The notes below the pieces were generated by a model that saw only the letters and a list, made by a program, of their open reading frames with translations, did no database searches and was not told the origin of the DNA. From an uncultured Bifidobacteriaceae bacterium (lineage in GTDB: Bacteria; Verrucomicrobiota; Verrucomicrobiia; Limisphaerales; UBA11358), in the NCBI GenBank assembly GCA_964536285.1, contig CAZHXG010000006.1, positions 2,303-66,302 of the forward strand: a stretch of 64,000 nt of DNA, written 5' to 3'. Position 1 is the stretch's first letter; every line of letters starts with the position of its first letter. A program made the position numbers and the translations under genes. Positions 46,424 to 57,868 of the stretch are shown in pieces.

Positions 46424-47767
46424 ATGCCGCTTCCAGAACTCATAGAGATTGTTCCATTGAAAAAGCCGGTGCGGGCGGAAGTCACCGTGCCCGGTTCGAA
46501 GAGCATCACGAACCGCGCGCTGATCCTGGCCGCGTTGTCCGACGGCAAAAAAGTTTTGCAAGGTGCGCTCTGGAGCGAGGACACGCAAGTGATGACCGAA
46601 GCGCTCCAGAAATTGGGATTCCAGATCAAGATCGAACCTGACCCGGAAGAATTTTGCAATCGGACCATCACCGTCAAAGGACTTGGTGGAAAAATTCCGA
46701 ATGCGGGAACGGCGGAAAAGCCGTTGGAACTGTTCGTCGGCAACGGGGGAACGGTGGCTCGATTTTTGACGGCGATGGTTTGTCTGGGCAAGGGAGTTTA
46801 CCGGTTGCATGGCGTTCCGCGAATGCACGAGCGTCCGCAGGCGGCCTTGTTCAAGGCGCTGCGCAAACTTGGTTATCGCGTCGAATCCGAAAACGGAAAT
46901 GACAGATTGCCCGTGAAAATTTTCGGCGAAGGTCCGAAATCCGGCAAATGCACGGTGAGCATCGAGGAGAGTTCGCAATTTGCGAGCGCGTTGTTGATGT
47001 GCTCGGTCATCGCCGGCTGGCAGATCAAAATCATCGGAGAAAATGCCGAGGAGTCGCCTTACGTCTACATGACCCGCGAGATGTATTCCTATTTTTACTG
47101 GAGCAAAAAAAACAGTCCGCATCCCGAATACGGCATGAAGGACGGTGTCTATCCGGTTGACCCGGATTCTTCCAGCGGCAGCTATTTTTTGGCGGCCGGC
47201 TGGATTCTCGGCGGTTCCGACCAGAACGATCCGCATCCGGTCGCGGTGGCGCGCTGGCCGATTTTTGGCGCGGGCTCTCAAATCGACACAAAATTTTCAA
47301 ATTACAGGTCTCTTCCCAAGACGGTTTCCAGACAAAACGATCTCGGCGACAGCATCATGACGGCGATCGTCATCGCACCGTTCGCAAGTCACGCCGTGAA
47401 ATTCACGGACTTGGGCCGCTTGCGGGTCCAGGAAACGGAACGCGTCGCCGCGTTGCGAACCGAATTGACCAAGTGCGGGGCAAGGGTCGAGGAAAAAGGC
47501 GACACGCTGACGGTCTTTCCCTCGAAACCGTCCGAGCTTCACGGAGCGGAAATCGAAACTTACGGCGACCATCGCATGGCGATGTGTTTTGCAGTTCTGG
47601 GGCTGAAAATTCCCGGCGTCAAAATTAAAAATCCCGCGTGCGTGAAAAAGACGTTCCCAAATTTTTTCCAAAAACTTGCCTCGCCGCCACCGCACGGCCT
47701 GGGCGCGACGATTTTGGACGTGAAGTCGGGACGGAAACTGAAGCTGGATGAATTGTTTGCGGATTAA
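46424..47767 (+). CDS. aroA: EPSP synthase
   Basis: VPGSKSITNR, GNGGTVARF, SSQFASALL, RVQETERVAAL, YGDHRMAMCF, KKTFPNFF. Start at MPLPEL; the ORF-track 676-aa ORF includes a spurious upstream overlap. Confidence 0.95.
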   Translation: MPLPELIEIVPLKKPVRAEVTVPGSKSITNRALILAALSDGKKVLQGALWSEDTQVMTEALQKLGFQIKIEPDPEEFCNRTITVKGLGGKIPNAGTAEKPLELFVGNGGTVARFLTAMVCLGKGVYRLHGVPRMHERPQAALFKALRKLGYRVESENGNDRLPVKIFGEGPKSGKCTVSIEESSQFASALLMCSVIAGWQIKIIGENAEESPYVYMTREMYSYFYWSKKNSPHPEYGMKDGVYPVDPDSSSGSYFLAAGWILGGSDQNDPHPVAVARWPIFGAGSQIDTKFSNYRSLPKTVSRQNDLGDSIMTAIVIAPFASHAVKFTDLGRLRVQETERVAALRTELTKCGARVEEKGDTLTVFPSKPSELHGAEIETYGDHRMAMCFAVLGLKIPGVKIKNPACVKKTFPNFFQKLASPPPHGLGATILDVKSGRKLKLDELFAD

Positions 47768-47774
47768 ATTTTGA

Positions 47775-48434
47775 TTGATGAAGCAACCGATTGTCATTGC
47801 GATTGACGGCACGAGCGCGAGCGGCAAGAGCACGAACGCAAAACTCGTGGCCAAGGCGCTCGGTTATGTTTACGTGGACACCGGCTCGATGTATCGCACG
47901 CTGGCGTGGTATTGCCTGCAAAAGCGCGCGGATGTTCACGACACGAAGTCCGTCGCCGCGCTCTGCCGCAAATGGAAGACGAAACTCGAGTGCGTCGAAA
48001 AAAACAATCTGCGCGCGGTTCATTTGCTCGTGGACGGTTATTTTCCCGAAAAAGAAATCCGCACCGCCGAGACGAGCGCGGAGGTTCCGCATGTCGCCGC
48101 CGTTCCGAAAGTGCGCGAATGGATGGTCAAGCGCCAGCGCGAGTGTCTCCAGTTCGGCAATCTCGTGATGGAAGGCCGCGACATCGGCACGAATGTTTTT
48201 CCTGAAACGGATTTCAAGTTTTATCTCGATGCGAAGCTGGAAGAGCGCTCGCGCCGCCGCGCCGCCGACGGCATTGATGAAAATCTTGCGGCGCGCGACC
48301 AGCGCGACAGCCAGCGCGCCGTCGCGCCGCTGATGATCCCGCTCGGCGCGCGCGTCATCAACAATTCCAACCTGACTTCGGAGCAGACGAGCGGGCTTTT
48401 GATCGCGGAAATTCAAAAACGACTGAACAAATGA
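47775..48434 (+). CDS. cmk: Cytidylate kinase
   Basis: IAIDGTSASGKST, YVDTGSMYR, VMEGRDIGTNVFP, RDQRDS. Confidence 0.95.
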   Translation: MMKQPIVIAIDGTSASGKSTNAKLVAKALGYVYVDTGSMYRTLAWYCLQKRADVHDTKSVAALCRKWKTKLECVEKNNLRAVHLLVDGYFPEKEIRTAETSAEVPHVAAVPKVREWMVKRQRECLQFGNLVMEGRDIGTNVFPETDFKFYLDAKLEERSRRRAADGIDENLAARDQRDSQRAVAPLMIPLGARVINNSNLTSEQTSGLLIAEIQKRLNK

Positions 48435-49069
48435 ATTTTCTCTATCGCTGCGGCTGGATTTTTTTTCGCGTGTTGTTCACGGTTTATCTGCGCTGGCGCG
48501 CCTTCAACGCGGAGCGCGTGCCGCGAACAGGTTCGGTGATCCTTGCCTGCAATCACGCGAGCATTCTCGATCCGCCGGTCGTCGGCTGCGCGTTGCACCG
48601 CCAGATCAATTATCTCGCGCGCGCGACCTTGTTCGACATCCCGGTCGTCGGCTGGCTGTTCCGCAAATGGAATTCGATTCCGATTGATCGCGACGGCGGC
48701 AACGCAGCGGGCCTGCGCATCATTTTGGAGCGACTACACGCGGGCAACGGCATCATCCTTTTTCCCGAAGGCACGCGCACGCGCGACGGAAATCTGCAGC
48801 CCGCGCATTCCGGTATCGGTTTGATCGTCGCGAAATCGGACGCGCCCGTCGTGCCGGTGCGGACGTTTGGAACGTTTGAGGCATTGGGCCGGGACATGAA
48901 ATTTCCGCGCCCAAAAAAAGTCGCGGTGAAGTTCGGTCGGACGATGAATTTTGAAAAATTGCGCGCCGAGTCGAAAACCTGTTCCAAGGCGCGGCTCAAG
49001 GAAATCTACCAGCAGATCGCCGACGAAATCATAACCGAAATCGCGAAGCTCGAACCGCGCGCGGATTAA
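48431..49069 (+). CDS. plsC: 1-acyl-sn-glycerol-3-phosphate acyltransferase
   Basis: NHASILDP, FPEGTRTRDG, PVVPV. Confidence 0.92.
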   Translation: MNFLYRCGWIFFRVLFTVYLRWRAFNAERVPRTGSVILACNHASILDPPVVGCALHRQINYLARATLFDIPVVGWLFRKWNSIPIDRDGGNAAGLRIILERLHAGNGIILFPEGTRTRDGNLQPAHSGIGLIVAKSDAPVVPVRTFGTFEALGRDMKFPRPKKVAVKFGRTMNFEKLRAESKTCSKARLKEIYQQIADEIITEIAKLEPRAD

Positions 49070-49398
49070 ATCCCCAGGTTCGACAGCGTGTTGCTGATGT
49101 TGTTGACGATCTGGACGAGTTTGGGATGCGATTGCTCGAAGCCCTCGACCGACGATTGCAGTCCGCGCACGGAAATTTCGCGCAACTGCGGATTTTGTTC
49201 TTTGCGCGTGGCTTCGTGCGCGGAAATTTTTGCGAACTCCGCGATGCTTCTGGCCTGTTCATCGTGCGTCTTCTCCAGTGAGCCGACTTCGGACTTGAGT
49301 GTGCCGAGCAACCGGAGCAGTTCGTGTTTGCGTTCCTCGCCGATGGAACTTGAGCCGCGAATCTTCGCTTCAATTTCGCCAATCGTTTTTTCGATCAT
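49066..49398 (-). CDS. DUF4404-like small helical protein
   Basis: 110 aa; ends FEQSHPKLVQIVNNISNTLSNLGI, the recalled family signature. Confidence 0.75.
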   Translation of the reverse strand: MIEKTIGEIEAKIRGSSSIGEERKHELLRLLGTLKSEVGSLEKTHDEQARSIAEFAKISAHEATRKEQNPQLREISVRGLQSSVEGFEQSHPKLVQIVNNISNTLSNLGI

Positions 49399-49404
49399 GT
49401 AATT

Positions 49405-49432
49405 AAAGTATCCGCCGTGGAAAATTCAGCAA
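49405..49432 (-). promoter_or_regulatory. Sigma70-type promoter, leaderless geometry
   Basis: TTGCTG-16 bp-TACTTT, then 6 nt, then ATG. Confidence 0.5.
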
Positions 49433-49438
49433 GCGTCT

Positions 49439-50094
49439 TCACCATCTTCCGATGCGCGGTAAAACCGGTTGAACGAGTTCCCAAATTTTTGCGAAGGTGC
49501 TTTCAGCCGAACCTGAACCGTCCACGACGTGAACACGCTTCGGTTCGGTAGCGGCAATCGCATCGTAACCTTTGGCAACGCGCGCGAAGAAATTTTTGTC
49601 CGCCTCTTCGATCCGGTCGCGCATGAACGGTAAAGTGGACTGGCGCATCGCGAGGCGCAATTCGCTGATTTCCTGCGGCACCGTCAGCAACAGCGTCAAA
49701 TCGGGCATCGTCTCGCCGACAGCAACGTCAATCACGGCCTTGACCATTTTTAAATCGAGTTGCCGGCCATGACCTTGATACGCCGTGGTCGAATCGTGAA
49801 AGCGGTCGGACAAAACAATTCTTCCGGCGGCGAGCGCGGGCCGGATGATTTCGCGAACGAGTTGCGCGCGGCTGGCGTTCATTAAAAGCAACTCGGCTTC
49901 CGCCGTCATCGCCGCGTTGTTTTTGCTGTGCTTGAGCGTGTGGCGGATTTCCTCGCCGATGGCCGTGCCGCCCGGCTCGCGCAACGCGAGCACGTTTTGA
50001 TAGCCCAGCTTGCGCAATTGTTGCGCGAGCAGTTCCACCTGCGTGGATTTGCCGCAACCCTCGGTGCCATCGAACGTGATGAACAAGCCTTTGC

Positions 50095-50098
<4 letters not shown>
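49439..50098 (-). CDS. tmk: Thymidylate kinase
   Basis: FITFDGTEGCGKSTQ, REPGGT, LSDRF.DST.AYQG, PDLT.LL. Confidence 0.95.
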
Positions 50099-51495
<1,397 letters not shown>

Positions 51496-51628
51496 TTGCG
51501 TCCGCGCAAGTTAAGGCGCGGCACGGGAAAGCTAAAGTGGAAATTTATTTCAGTTCGAGTTGTCGGCAATTGTTTTTGCCGTTTCCCAATTACGTTTGAA
51601 CTTGAAAAGGCAGGGAAAACCAACGAAC

Positions 51629-52633
51629 TCACGGCTTCAAAGAAGCGGTGTAGGCTGCCAGCGACAACATGTCGCCATCCGTAAGCTTCGCCACGGTGTG
51701 TTTCATGAGGACGCTGCCGATCCCAGCCCGGCTGCCATTTCTAAAATCATAAAGCTGGCGGAAAATGTAGCTGGGTGAGCGCCCCGCGATTCCGGGGATT
51801 GTCACAGTTCCCTTCAGATCGGGCCCGTGGCAGGTTCGACACTGAATCGTCTTGTCGCCGCGCCCGGTGATGGCAAGGGTTTGACCTGCCTGAACGCTGC
51901 CAACCGGCACATACGCGATGAACCGGGAGTGCGTGTCACGGTGTTCAAACTGTTCCAGATCTTCCGGCACTTCGATAATGCGCTGGCCGATCGGTTCGGT
52001 GTCGCCGGTGTTCACGGCGGCCAGAAACCATCCGGCGACATAACTTTTAGGAACGGTATTGGTTTCAATGACCCGGATAAGTTGTTTCGGTTTTAATGCG
52101 GAAAAATAGGTGGCCGCAGCGGCGACCTCGTCGTCGGTGACAGCTTTGGCAAGTGAGGTCATTGCTTGCGGCGGAAGTCTTTGCGGCACCGAAGTCTTCC
52201 GGGCACCGCTTTTGAAATCGGCCATCTGCTGGATGATGTAGGCCGCAGGCAGGCCAGCGAGGCTCGAATTTTCGGGGCCGCCCGGTCCATCGGCCCGATG
52301 ACAGAAGCCGCAAGCATAAACACCGGGCTTGCGGCCGTGCATCACGACGTCGGGCATGGGGGCATGATCTTCGGGATGCCAGTCCGGTGCCATGAAGAGA
52401 TCACGCAATTGGCCAAGACTGTAAGCGGCATTGCTATCCGGAACATGTTTCAGTTTGCCATCGTCGGTGGCCGGTTTGAAATCCGGCGGATTCACCGGAT
52501 AAGCCCACGCTGGCGGTTCTCTTTGGCTTTGCGCAGTTGCGTCTGCCGCCCGGACCGGTGCGGACACCATCATGAGCAACAATGCGAATTTCCGGCTGGG
52601 GCGGGACAGCGTGTTGAACAGTTTTAGAGCCAT
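51629..52633 (-). CDS. Periplasmic di-haem c-type cytochrome (c4-like) with cysS-derived N-terminus
   Basis: CGFCH and CRTCH haem motifs, each followed by a Met in a helix (PPQAM, SVLM); N-terminus MALKLFNTLSR identical to CysS. Confidence 0.88.
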   Translation of the reverse strand: MALKLFNTLSRPSRKFALLLMMVSAPVRAADATAQSQREPPAWAYPVNPPDFKPATDDGKLKHVPDSNAAYSLGQLRDLFMAPDWHPEDHAPMPDVVMHGRKPGVYACGFCHRADGPGGPENSSLAGLPAAYIIQQMADFKSGARKTSVPQRLPPQAMTSLAKAVTDDEVAAAATYFSALKPKQLIRVIETNTVPKSYVAGWFLAAVNTGDTEPIGQRIIEVPEDLEQFEHRDTHSRFIAYVPVGSVQAGQTLAITGRGDKTIQCRTCHGPDLKGTVTIPGIAGRSPSYIFRQLYDFRNGSRAGIGSVLMKHTVAKLTDGDMLSLAAYTASLKP

Positions 52634-52656
52634 TTGCGTCTGCGCAAATTAAGGCG
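52605..52656. repeat. Direct repeat copy B at the start of the cytochrome gene
   Basis: See copy A; offset 1138 bp. Confidence 0.9.
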
Positions 52657-52685
52657 GGAGCGGCGGAAAGAAAAGAGAAACAGAT

Positions 52686-53456
52686 TTAATTTTTCGGCGC
52701 TTCGGTTTGATTCGTCGCTTTTGGCTGGAGCCGTTTGCAGCGTTCAACAAACAAAAAGAAAACGCCGGGGCCGAAGCAGAGCAGCATGACGGAAATGCCG
52801 GTGGCGATGCCCCAAAAAGTTCCGGCGGGCGCGCAGCAATCGTCGCGGCGGCGGACGATGACGTGGCTCGGCACGGCGATGATGAGTTCGAGGATGCTGC
52901 CCCGCAGCAACCAGCGCGTGAGCCGTTTGACGAGCGCGTCGGGGTCGTCCGATTTTGTGGCGCGGCGGAAAACGATTGCCCAAACCAGCCAGAAAACGAA
53001 AACGGTGACAATCATGGTGAGCAGCGCACCCAAACCCGAATTGTTGGTTGTGGTCTGGCCGTTTTGATTTGCGCCAAAATTGAAAAGAGCGGACAAATCA
53101 AAAAGTTCAAAAGTCTTGTCCGTGAAAATGGCGCAAAGGATAGAGAAAATTCCGGCGAAGCAGAGGTTCGCCAGAAAAAATGCGCTGACAATGATTGGAG
53201 TTTGGAGCGGGCGTCGCGTGGGCAGGCGGCGTTCGGCGATGTTGATGGGCAGCAGGAGCAGCAAGACTTGTCCGGCGACCAGCACGGCGAGCCAGACCCA
53301 GTAGCCCCAGTTCAAATAAATTTTCCAGACTTCGTTGAAAGATGCGCTGCTGTCAGTTTTCCCCCAATTGCCGAAGGCGATTGAAATTGCCGGCACAGTC
53401 AACAAAATCAAGGCGAACGCGTAAAGAAGAACGGTATAGATTGCCCAGCGTTTCAT
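52686..53456 (-). CDS. Polytopic membrane protein of unknown function
   Basis: 256 aa, about 6 hydrophobic segments; VPSHVIVRRRDDCCAP motif. Confidence 0.8.
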   Translation of the reverse strand: MKRWAIYTVLLYAFALILLTVPAISIAFGNWGKTDSSASFNEVWKIYLNWGYWVWLAVLVAGQVLLLLLPINIAERRLPTRRPLQTPIIVSAFFLANLCFAGIFSILCAIFTDKTFELFDLSALFNFGANQNGQTTTNNSGLGALLTMIVTVFVFWLVWAIVFRRATKSDDPDALVKRLTRWLLRGSILELIIAVPSHVIVRRRDDCCAPAGTFWGIATGISVMLLCFGPGVFFLFVERCKRLQPKATNQTEAPKN

Positions 53457-53582
53457 GGAATTTTTTGGATTGAGCCATGAAGTTCAACGCCGCGCCAGAG
53501 AAATCGTTTCGCAAATTTTACTTTCGCGTCTTGCCATTTTTTTATTTTCACCGCAAACTGTTGAAAACAAATTCACAACGAC

Positions 53583-54878
53583 ATGAGCAAAGAGGCAAAA
53601 CTGGAACTGGACGGAAAAGCCTACACGTTGCCGACGGTTGAAGGCACTGAAGGAGAAAAAGCGGTGGACGTTTCGTCGCTGCGCGCGAACACCGGCTACA
53701 TCACGCTCGACGAAAGTTACGGCAACACCGGCTCATGCGTCAGCAAAATCACGTTCATTGACGGCGACAAGGGAATTTTGCGTTATCGCGGCATCCCGAT
53801 TGAGGAATTGGCGGAGAAATCCACGTTCATCGAAGCGGCGTATCTCATCATCTACGGCGATTTACCGAACCGCGCGCAGATCAAAAGCTTTTCGGATTTG
53901 CTGACGGAGCATTCTTTTTTGCATGAGAGTATGAAGTTTCATTTTGAGGGTTTTCCCGTCGGCGCGCATCCGATGGCGATTCTCTCGGCGATGATCAACG
54001 CGGCAAGTTGCTTCGACGAAAAAATCATGCGCTGGCAATGGAGCAAGACCAGGGAATTTGACATCATCGTCACGAAATTGATTTCGCAAGTGAGGACGAT
54101 TGCGGCGTATTCGTATCGCAAATCGCGCGGGCTGCCGCTGATTTATCCAAAGAAGGCCTACAAATACACGGCGAATTTTCTGCATATGATGTTCTCCTCG
54201 CCGTACGAGGAATTTGAAATCAAACCGGAAGTCGTCAAGGCGCTGGATTTGATTTTTCTGTTGCACGCGGATCACGAGCAGAATTGTTCGACTTCGACGG
54301 TGCGGATGGTTGCCTCAAGTCAGGCGAATCTTTTTGCGAGCGCATCGGCGGGGGTTTGCGCATTGTGGGGGCCGCTCCATGGCGGCGCGAACCAGGCCGT
54401 GATCGAGATGCTCGAGGAAATCCACAAGACCGGCGATGACGGCTCGAAATTTGTCTCGGCGGCGAAGGACAAGAACAGCGGAAAAAAATTGATGGGTTTC
54501 GGGCATCGCGTCTATAAAAATTACGACCCGCGCGCCAAAATCATCAAGAAAGCATGTGATGAAGTTTTATCCAAGTTGCACATCTCTGACCCGTTATTGG
54601 ACATAGCGAAACATTTGGAAGAGGCCGCGCTCAAAGATTCTTATTTCGTGGAACGTAAACTATATCCGAACGTTGATTTTTACAGCGGTATCATCATGCG
54701 GGCGCTGGGGATTCCGATGGAAATGTTTCCGGTGATTTTTGCGATTGGCCGGATGCCCGGCTGGATTGCCAATTACAAGGAAATCATGGAAGACCCGAAG
54801 AGCCGTATTTCCCGTCCGCGGCAGATTTACATCGGGCGTACAGAAAACCACTACGTGCCGTTGGAAAATAGAAAATAG
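53583..54878 (+). CDS. gltA: Citrate synthase
   Basis: [56 protein letters not shown]. Confidence 0.98.
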   Translation: MSKEAKLELDGKAYTLPTVEGTEGEKAVDVSSLRANTGYITLDESYGNTGSCVSKITFIDGDKGILRYRGIPIEELAEKSTFIEAAYLIIYGDLPNRAQIKSFSDLLTEHSFLHESMKFHFEGFPVGAHPMAILSAMINAASCFDEKIMRWQWSKTREFDIIVTKLISQVRTIAAYSYRKSRGLPLIYPKKAYKYTANFLHMMFSSPYEEFEIKPEVVKALDLIFLLHADHEQNCSTSTVRMVASSQANLFASASAGVCALWGPLHGGANQAVIEMLEEIHKTGDDGSKFVSAAKDKNSGKKLMGFGHRVYKNYDPRAKIIKKACDEVLSKLHISDPLLDIAKHLEEAALKDSYFVERKLYPNVDFYSGIIMRALGIPMEMFPVIFAIGRMPGWIANYKEIMEDPKSRISRPRQIYIGRTENHYVPLENRK

Positions 54879-54959
54879 CTTTTGTTTCTGACGTTTTGAC
54901 GGGTTGGAGTGATTCGCTCAAAGGGTATGATTTTTGCTTCGCTTTAGTGGAAATTTGTT

Positions 54960-56054
54960 GTGAAAAAAATTCTGGTCATAGACGACGAAGAATGGTTGCG
55001 CGAGATGATCCAACTCGCATTGCAACAAAAGGGCTTCGAAGTCATCGAATCGGCCAATGGTACGGACGGTATCGAAAAAGCGCGCAAAGAACTTCCAGAC
55101 CTCATCCTCTGCGATGTCAACATGGGAAAAGTGGACGGCTACCTGACATTGTCCGCGTTGCGCACCGAAGCGCCCACCGCCGCGATTCCTTTCATCCTGA
55201 TGACCGGCCTTGCCGACAACGCCGGCATGAGACACGGCATGGAACTTGGTGCCGACGATTATCTACCCAAACCTTTTACGACCGAGGCGCTTTATGCCGC
55301 AGTGGACGCGCGACTCAAAAAGGCGCAGACACTCCGCGACGAAGCCGAACGCAAGCTCACCCATCTGCGCGACAACATCAGCCTAATGATGCCGCACGAG
55401 ATGCGCACGCCGCTGAACGGGATTCTTTCCAACGCCGAATTGCTGGCAACTTCCGCCGTGACGCTCAAGCCGGCTGAAATCGCCGAAATGGGTCAGGAAA
55501 TCCACAAGTCCAGTTTGCGGCTGGAACGGCTCATCGAAAATTTCCTGGTTTACGCGCAGTTGGAACTCATCGCCACCGATCCGAAAAACATCAACGCGCT
55601 GCGCATCGGCAGAACGGAACATCCCGCGCCGCTTCTGAAAAAACTTGCCGAAGCGCAAGCCGCGCAGGTAAACCGCCCGCATGATTTGACAATTGAGGTG
55701 ATGGATATTTCCGTGCCGATGTCCGAGGAATATTTCAGCAAAACTGTGAATGAGTTGTTGCACAACGCCTTCAAGTTTTCCAAGGCCGGTTCGCCCGTCT
55801 GTATAACATTGGCGGAAGCGTTCAACGGTATTGTCCTTTCCGTCAGCGACAAGGGACGCGGATTTTCCACCGAGCAGATCAAACGCATCGGCGCTTACAC
55901 GCAGTTCGACCGCAAGATTCAGGATCAGCAGGGATTGGGACTTGGTCTGGCCATCGCCAAGCGGTTGGTTGAGTTGCATGGCGGCACGCTTTCAATCGAA
56001 GGGGATAAAGGCGCGACCGTCACCGCGAAATTTCCCAAGGCAAAACCAGATTGA
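54960..56054 (+). CDS. Cytoplasmic hybrid REC-histidine kinase
   Basis: REC (VIDDE, DVNM, DYLPKPF), then HEMRTPLNGI H-box, HNAFKFS, DKGRG, GLGLGL. Confidence 0.93.
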   Translation: MKKILVIDDEEWLREMIQLALQQKGFEVIESANGTDGIEKARKELPDLILCDVNMGKVDGYLTLSALRTEAPTAAIPFILMTGLADNAGMRHGMELGADDYLPKPFTTEALYAAVDARLKKAQTLRDEAERKLTHLRDNISLMMPHEMRTPLNGILSNAELLATSAVTLKPAEIAEMGQEIHKSSLRLERLIENFLVYAQLELIATDPKNINALRIGRTEHPAPLLKKLAEAQAAQVNRPHDLTIEVMDISVPMSEEYFSKTVNELLHNAFKFSKAGSPVCITLAEAFNGIVLSVSDKGRGFSTEQIKRIGAYTQFDRKIQDQQGLGLGLAIAKRLVELHGGTLSIEGDKGATVTAKFPKAKPD

Positions 56055-56060
56055 TTCCGT

Positions 56061-56891
56061 TTAGTGCTGCAACCGGCCGTAAAGAAAAGTGAGGCCGCGT
56101 TCGACGAGTCCGGCGATCAAAAATACCAAGACGATTCCCACGACCGGTGTGAAATCCGCCTTGCCGGCACGCAACGGAATTTTTCGCAACGGCCACAACA
56201 GGATTTGGGAAGTTGCATTCACATAATTCCAAAGCGGATGTTTGCCGAAATAGATGTAGGCATTGAGCAGATGCAGCGTGAGCAGCGCAGCGATGAGAAA
56301 TTTCCAGGCGACGTAACTGCCGAGAGCGATGATGAGCGATTCTTCGATGCGATGCGCCGTCGAAATCGGGTTCGGGATGAGTTGGAGCGACTCGAACAAC
56401 CAGCTTGCCAGCCACCAGAGCAATGCCGTGATGACGAGCGGTAAAAATAATTTTACTCCACGCGACCAATTGTCAATTCCACCCAATGGAATCCGCACGA
56501 GATGGTGAATCGGTTCCGGTCCGCGCAAAATGGACAACAGCAGCAGCCAGAGATAAAAAATCCCGAGCGTCAATCCAAAGCTGAAGAGCGAAAATAAAAG
56601 TATCCGCCAAAACGAATCGCTCGAGAAAAAGAGTGTGATGACGCCGAGGTCCAGCTTGCCCGACCAATGCGCCGCCGAACCGATTTGCCAGTAAAACAGC
56701 GCGCGCAAAATCAGTAGCGAGCAGATGGCCGCGAGCAGATGCCAGCGCCGGAAACGTTGCGGCGCGGCGCGGCGCAACGTGCCGATTAGCGTCGCGGGTG
56801 TCCGTTTGTTGAGCGGATCAAATCGCACCGACCGCCAGTTCAGCCACAATAGCAGCCCCGCAAGGTTCAAAATGAAATCAATGTAGCCCAC
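56061..56891 (-). CDS. YggT-like membrane protein (extended)
   Basis: Multiple TMs; C-terminal PLRKIPL...DFTPVVGI YGGT-like motif. Confidence 0.65.
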   Translation of the reverse strand: MGYIDFILNLAGLLLWLNWRSVRFDPLNKRTPATLIGTLRRAAPQRFRRWHLLAAICSLLILRALFYWQIGSAAHWSGKLDLGVITLFFSSDSFWRILLFSLFSFGLTLGIFYLWLLLLSILRGPEPIHHLVRIPLGGIDNWSRGVKLFLPLVITALLWWLASWLFESLQLIPNPISTAHRIEESLIIALGSYVAWKFLIAALLTLHLLNAYIYFGKHPLWNYVNATSQILLWPLRKIPLRAGKADFTPVVGIVLVFLIAGLVERGLTFLYGRLQH

Positions 56892-56895
56892 AAAA

Positions 56896-56952
56896 AATCG
56901 TTGAACCGCTGAATCACGAATCGTTGAACCGATTTAACAATTCACGATTCGA
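56896..56952. repeat. AACGATT-octamer palindromic element, copy 2 (inverted relative to copy 1)
   Basis: GAATCGTTGAACCGATTTAACAATTCAC matches the reverse complement of copy 1 (GAATCGTTGAGCCGATTCAACAATTCAC) at 26 of 28 positions. Confidence 0.75.
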
Positions 56953-56958
56953 CGACGT

Positions 56959-57861
56959 TCACATCATCTTCAAAAGCGTGTCTGCCATTTCGCTCGGCGT
57001 GACAGCGACGCCGATGCCGGCGGATTTGAACGCGGAAATTTTTGCCTCGGCAGTTCCTTTGCCGCCGCTGACGATGGCACCCGCGTGACCCATACGGCGT
57101 CCAGGCGGAGCCGTTGCGCCCGCGATGAATCCGGCGACTGGCTTCTTGCAATTCTTTTTTATCCACTCGGCGGCTTCTTCTTCCGCGCTGCCGCCGATTT
57201 CGCCGATCATAATGATTCCGTGCGTTTCCGGGTCGTCGTTGAAAAGTTTAATCACGTCCAAATGCGACGTGCCGTTGACCGGATCACCACCGATGCCGAC
57301 GCAGGTGGACTGGCCGACACCGCGCGATGTGAGTTGCCAAACCGCTTCGTAAGTCAACGTGCCGCTGCGCGAGACGACGCCGATGTGTCCCTTTTTGTGG
57401 ATGTAACCGGGCGCAATTCCAATTCTGCAACCGCCGTGAGAATCTTTTCCTTCGCCGGGCGTGACGACGCCGGGACAATTCGGTCCAATGAGCCGTGTCT
57501 TGGTGTTGCCTTGCATAGCGCGCTTGACGCGAATCATGTCGCGCACGGGAATTCCTTCCGTGATGGCGACGACGAGTTCAAGTCCGGCGTCCGCGCCTTC
57601 GAGAATCGCATCGGCGGCAAACGGCGGCGGAACAAAAATTGCGCTGGCCGTCGCACCGGTTTGCTTCACCGCATCGGCGACGGTGTCGAAAATTGGAACT
57701 TTTTTCCCAGCGTGTTCAAAGAATTGTCCGCCTTTGCCGGGCGTGACGCCGGCGACGATTTGCGTGCCGTAATCAATCGAGAGTTGCGCGTGCTTCGCGC
57801 CAAAGCTCCCAGTGATGCCCTGGACGAGAACCTTGGTGTTGGGTTTGACTAGAATGGACAT
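56959..57861 (-). CDS. sucD: Succinyl-CoA synthetase alpha subunit
   Basis: [47 protein letters not shown]. Confidence 0.98.
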   Translation of the reverse strand: MSILVKPNTKVLVQGITGSFGAKHAQLSIDYGTQIVAGVTPGKGGQFFEHAGKKVPIFDTVADAVKQTGATASAIFVPPPFAADAILEGADAGLELVVAITEGIPVRDMIRVKRAMQGNTKTRLIGPNCPGVVTPGEGKDSHGGCRIGIAPGYIHKKGHIGVVSRSGTLTYEAVWQLTSRGVGQSTCVGIGGDPVNGTSHLDVIKLFNDDPETHGIIMIGEIGGSAEEEAAEWIKKNCKKPVAGFIAGATAPPGRRMGHAGAIVSGGKGTAEAKISAFKSAGIGVAVTPSEMADTLLKMM

Positions 57862-57868
57862 GAGAAAA

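Noticed and set aside
51532-51628. Remnant ORF between the cytochrome and cysS marking an insertion junction
   Set aside because: The only suggestive frame (GNGKNNCRQLELK*) is closed by an upstream stop within about 15 codons and is uninformative.
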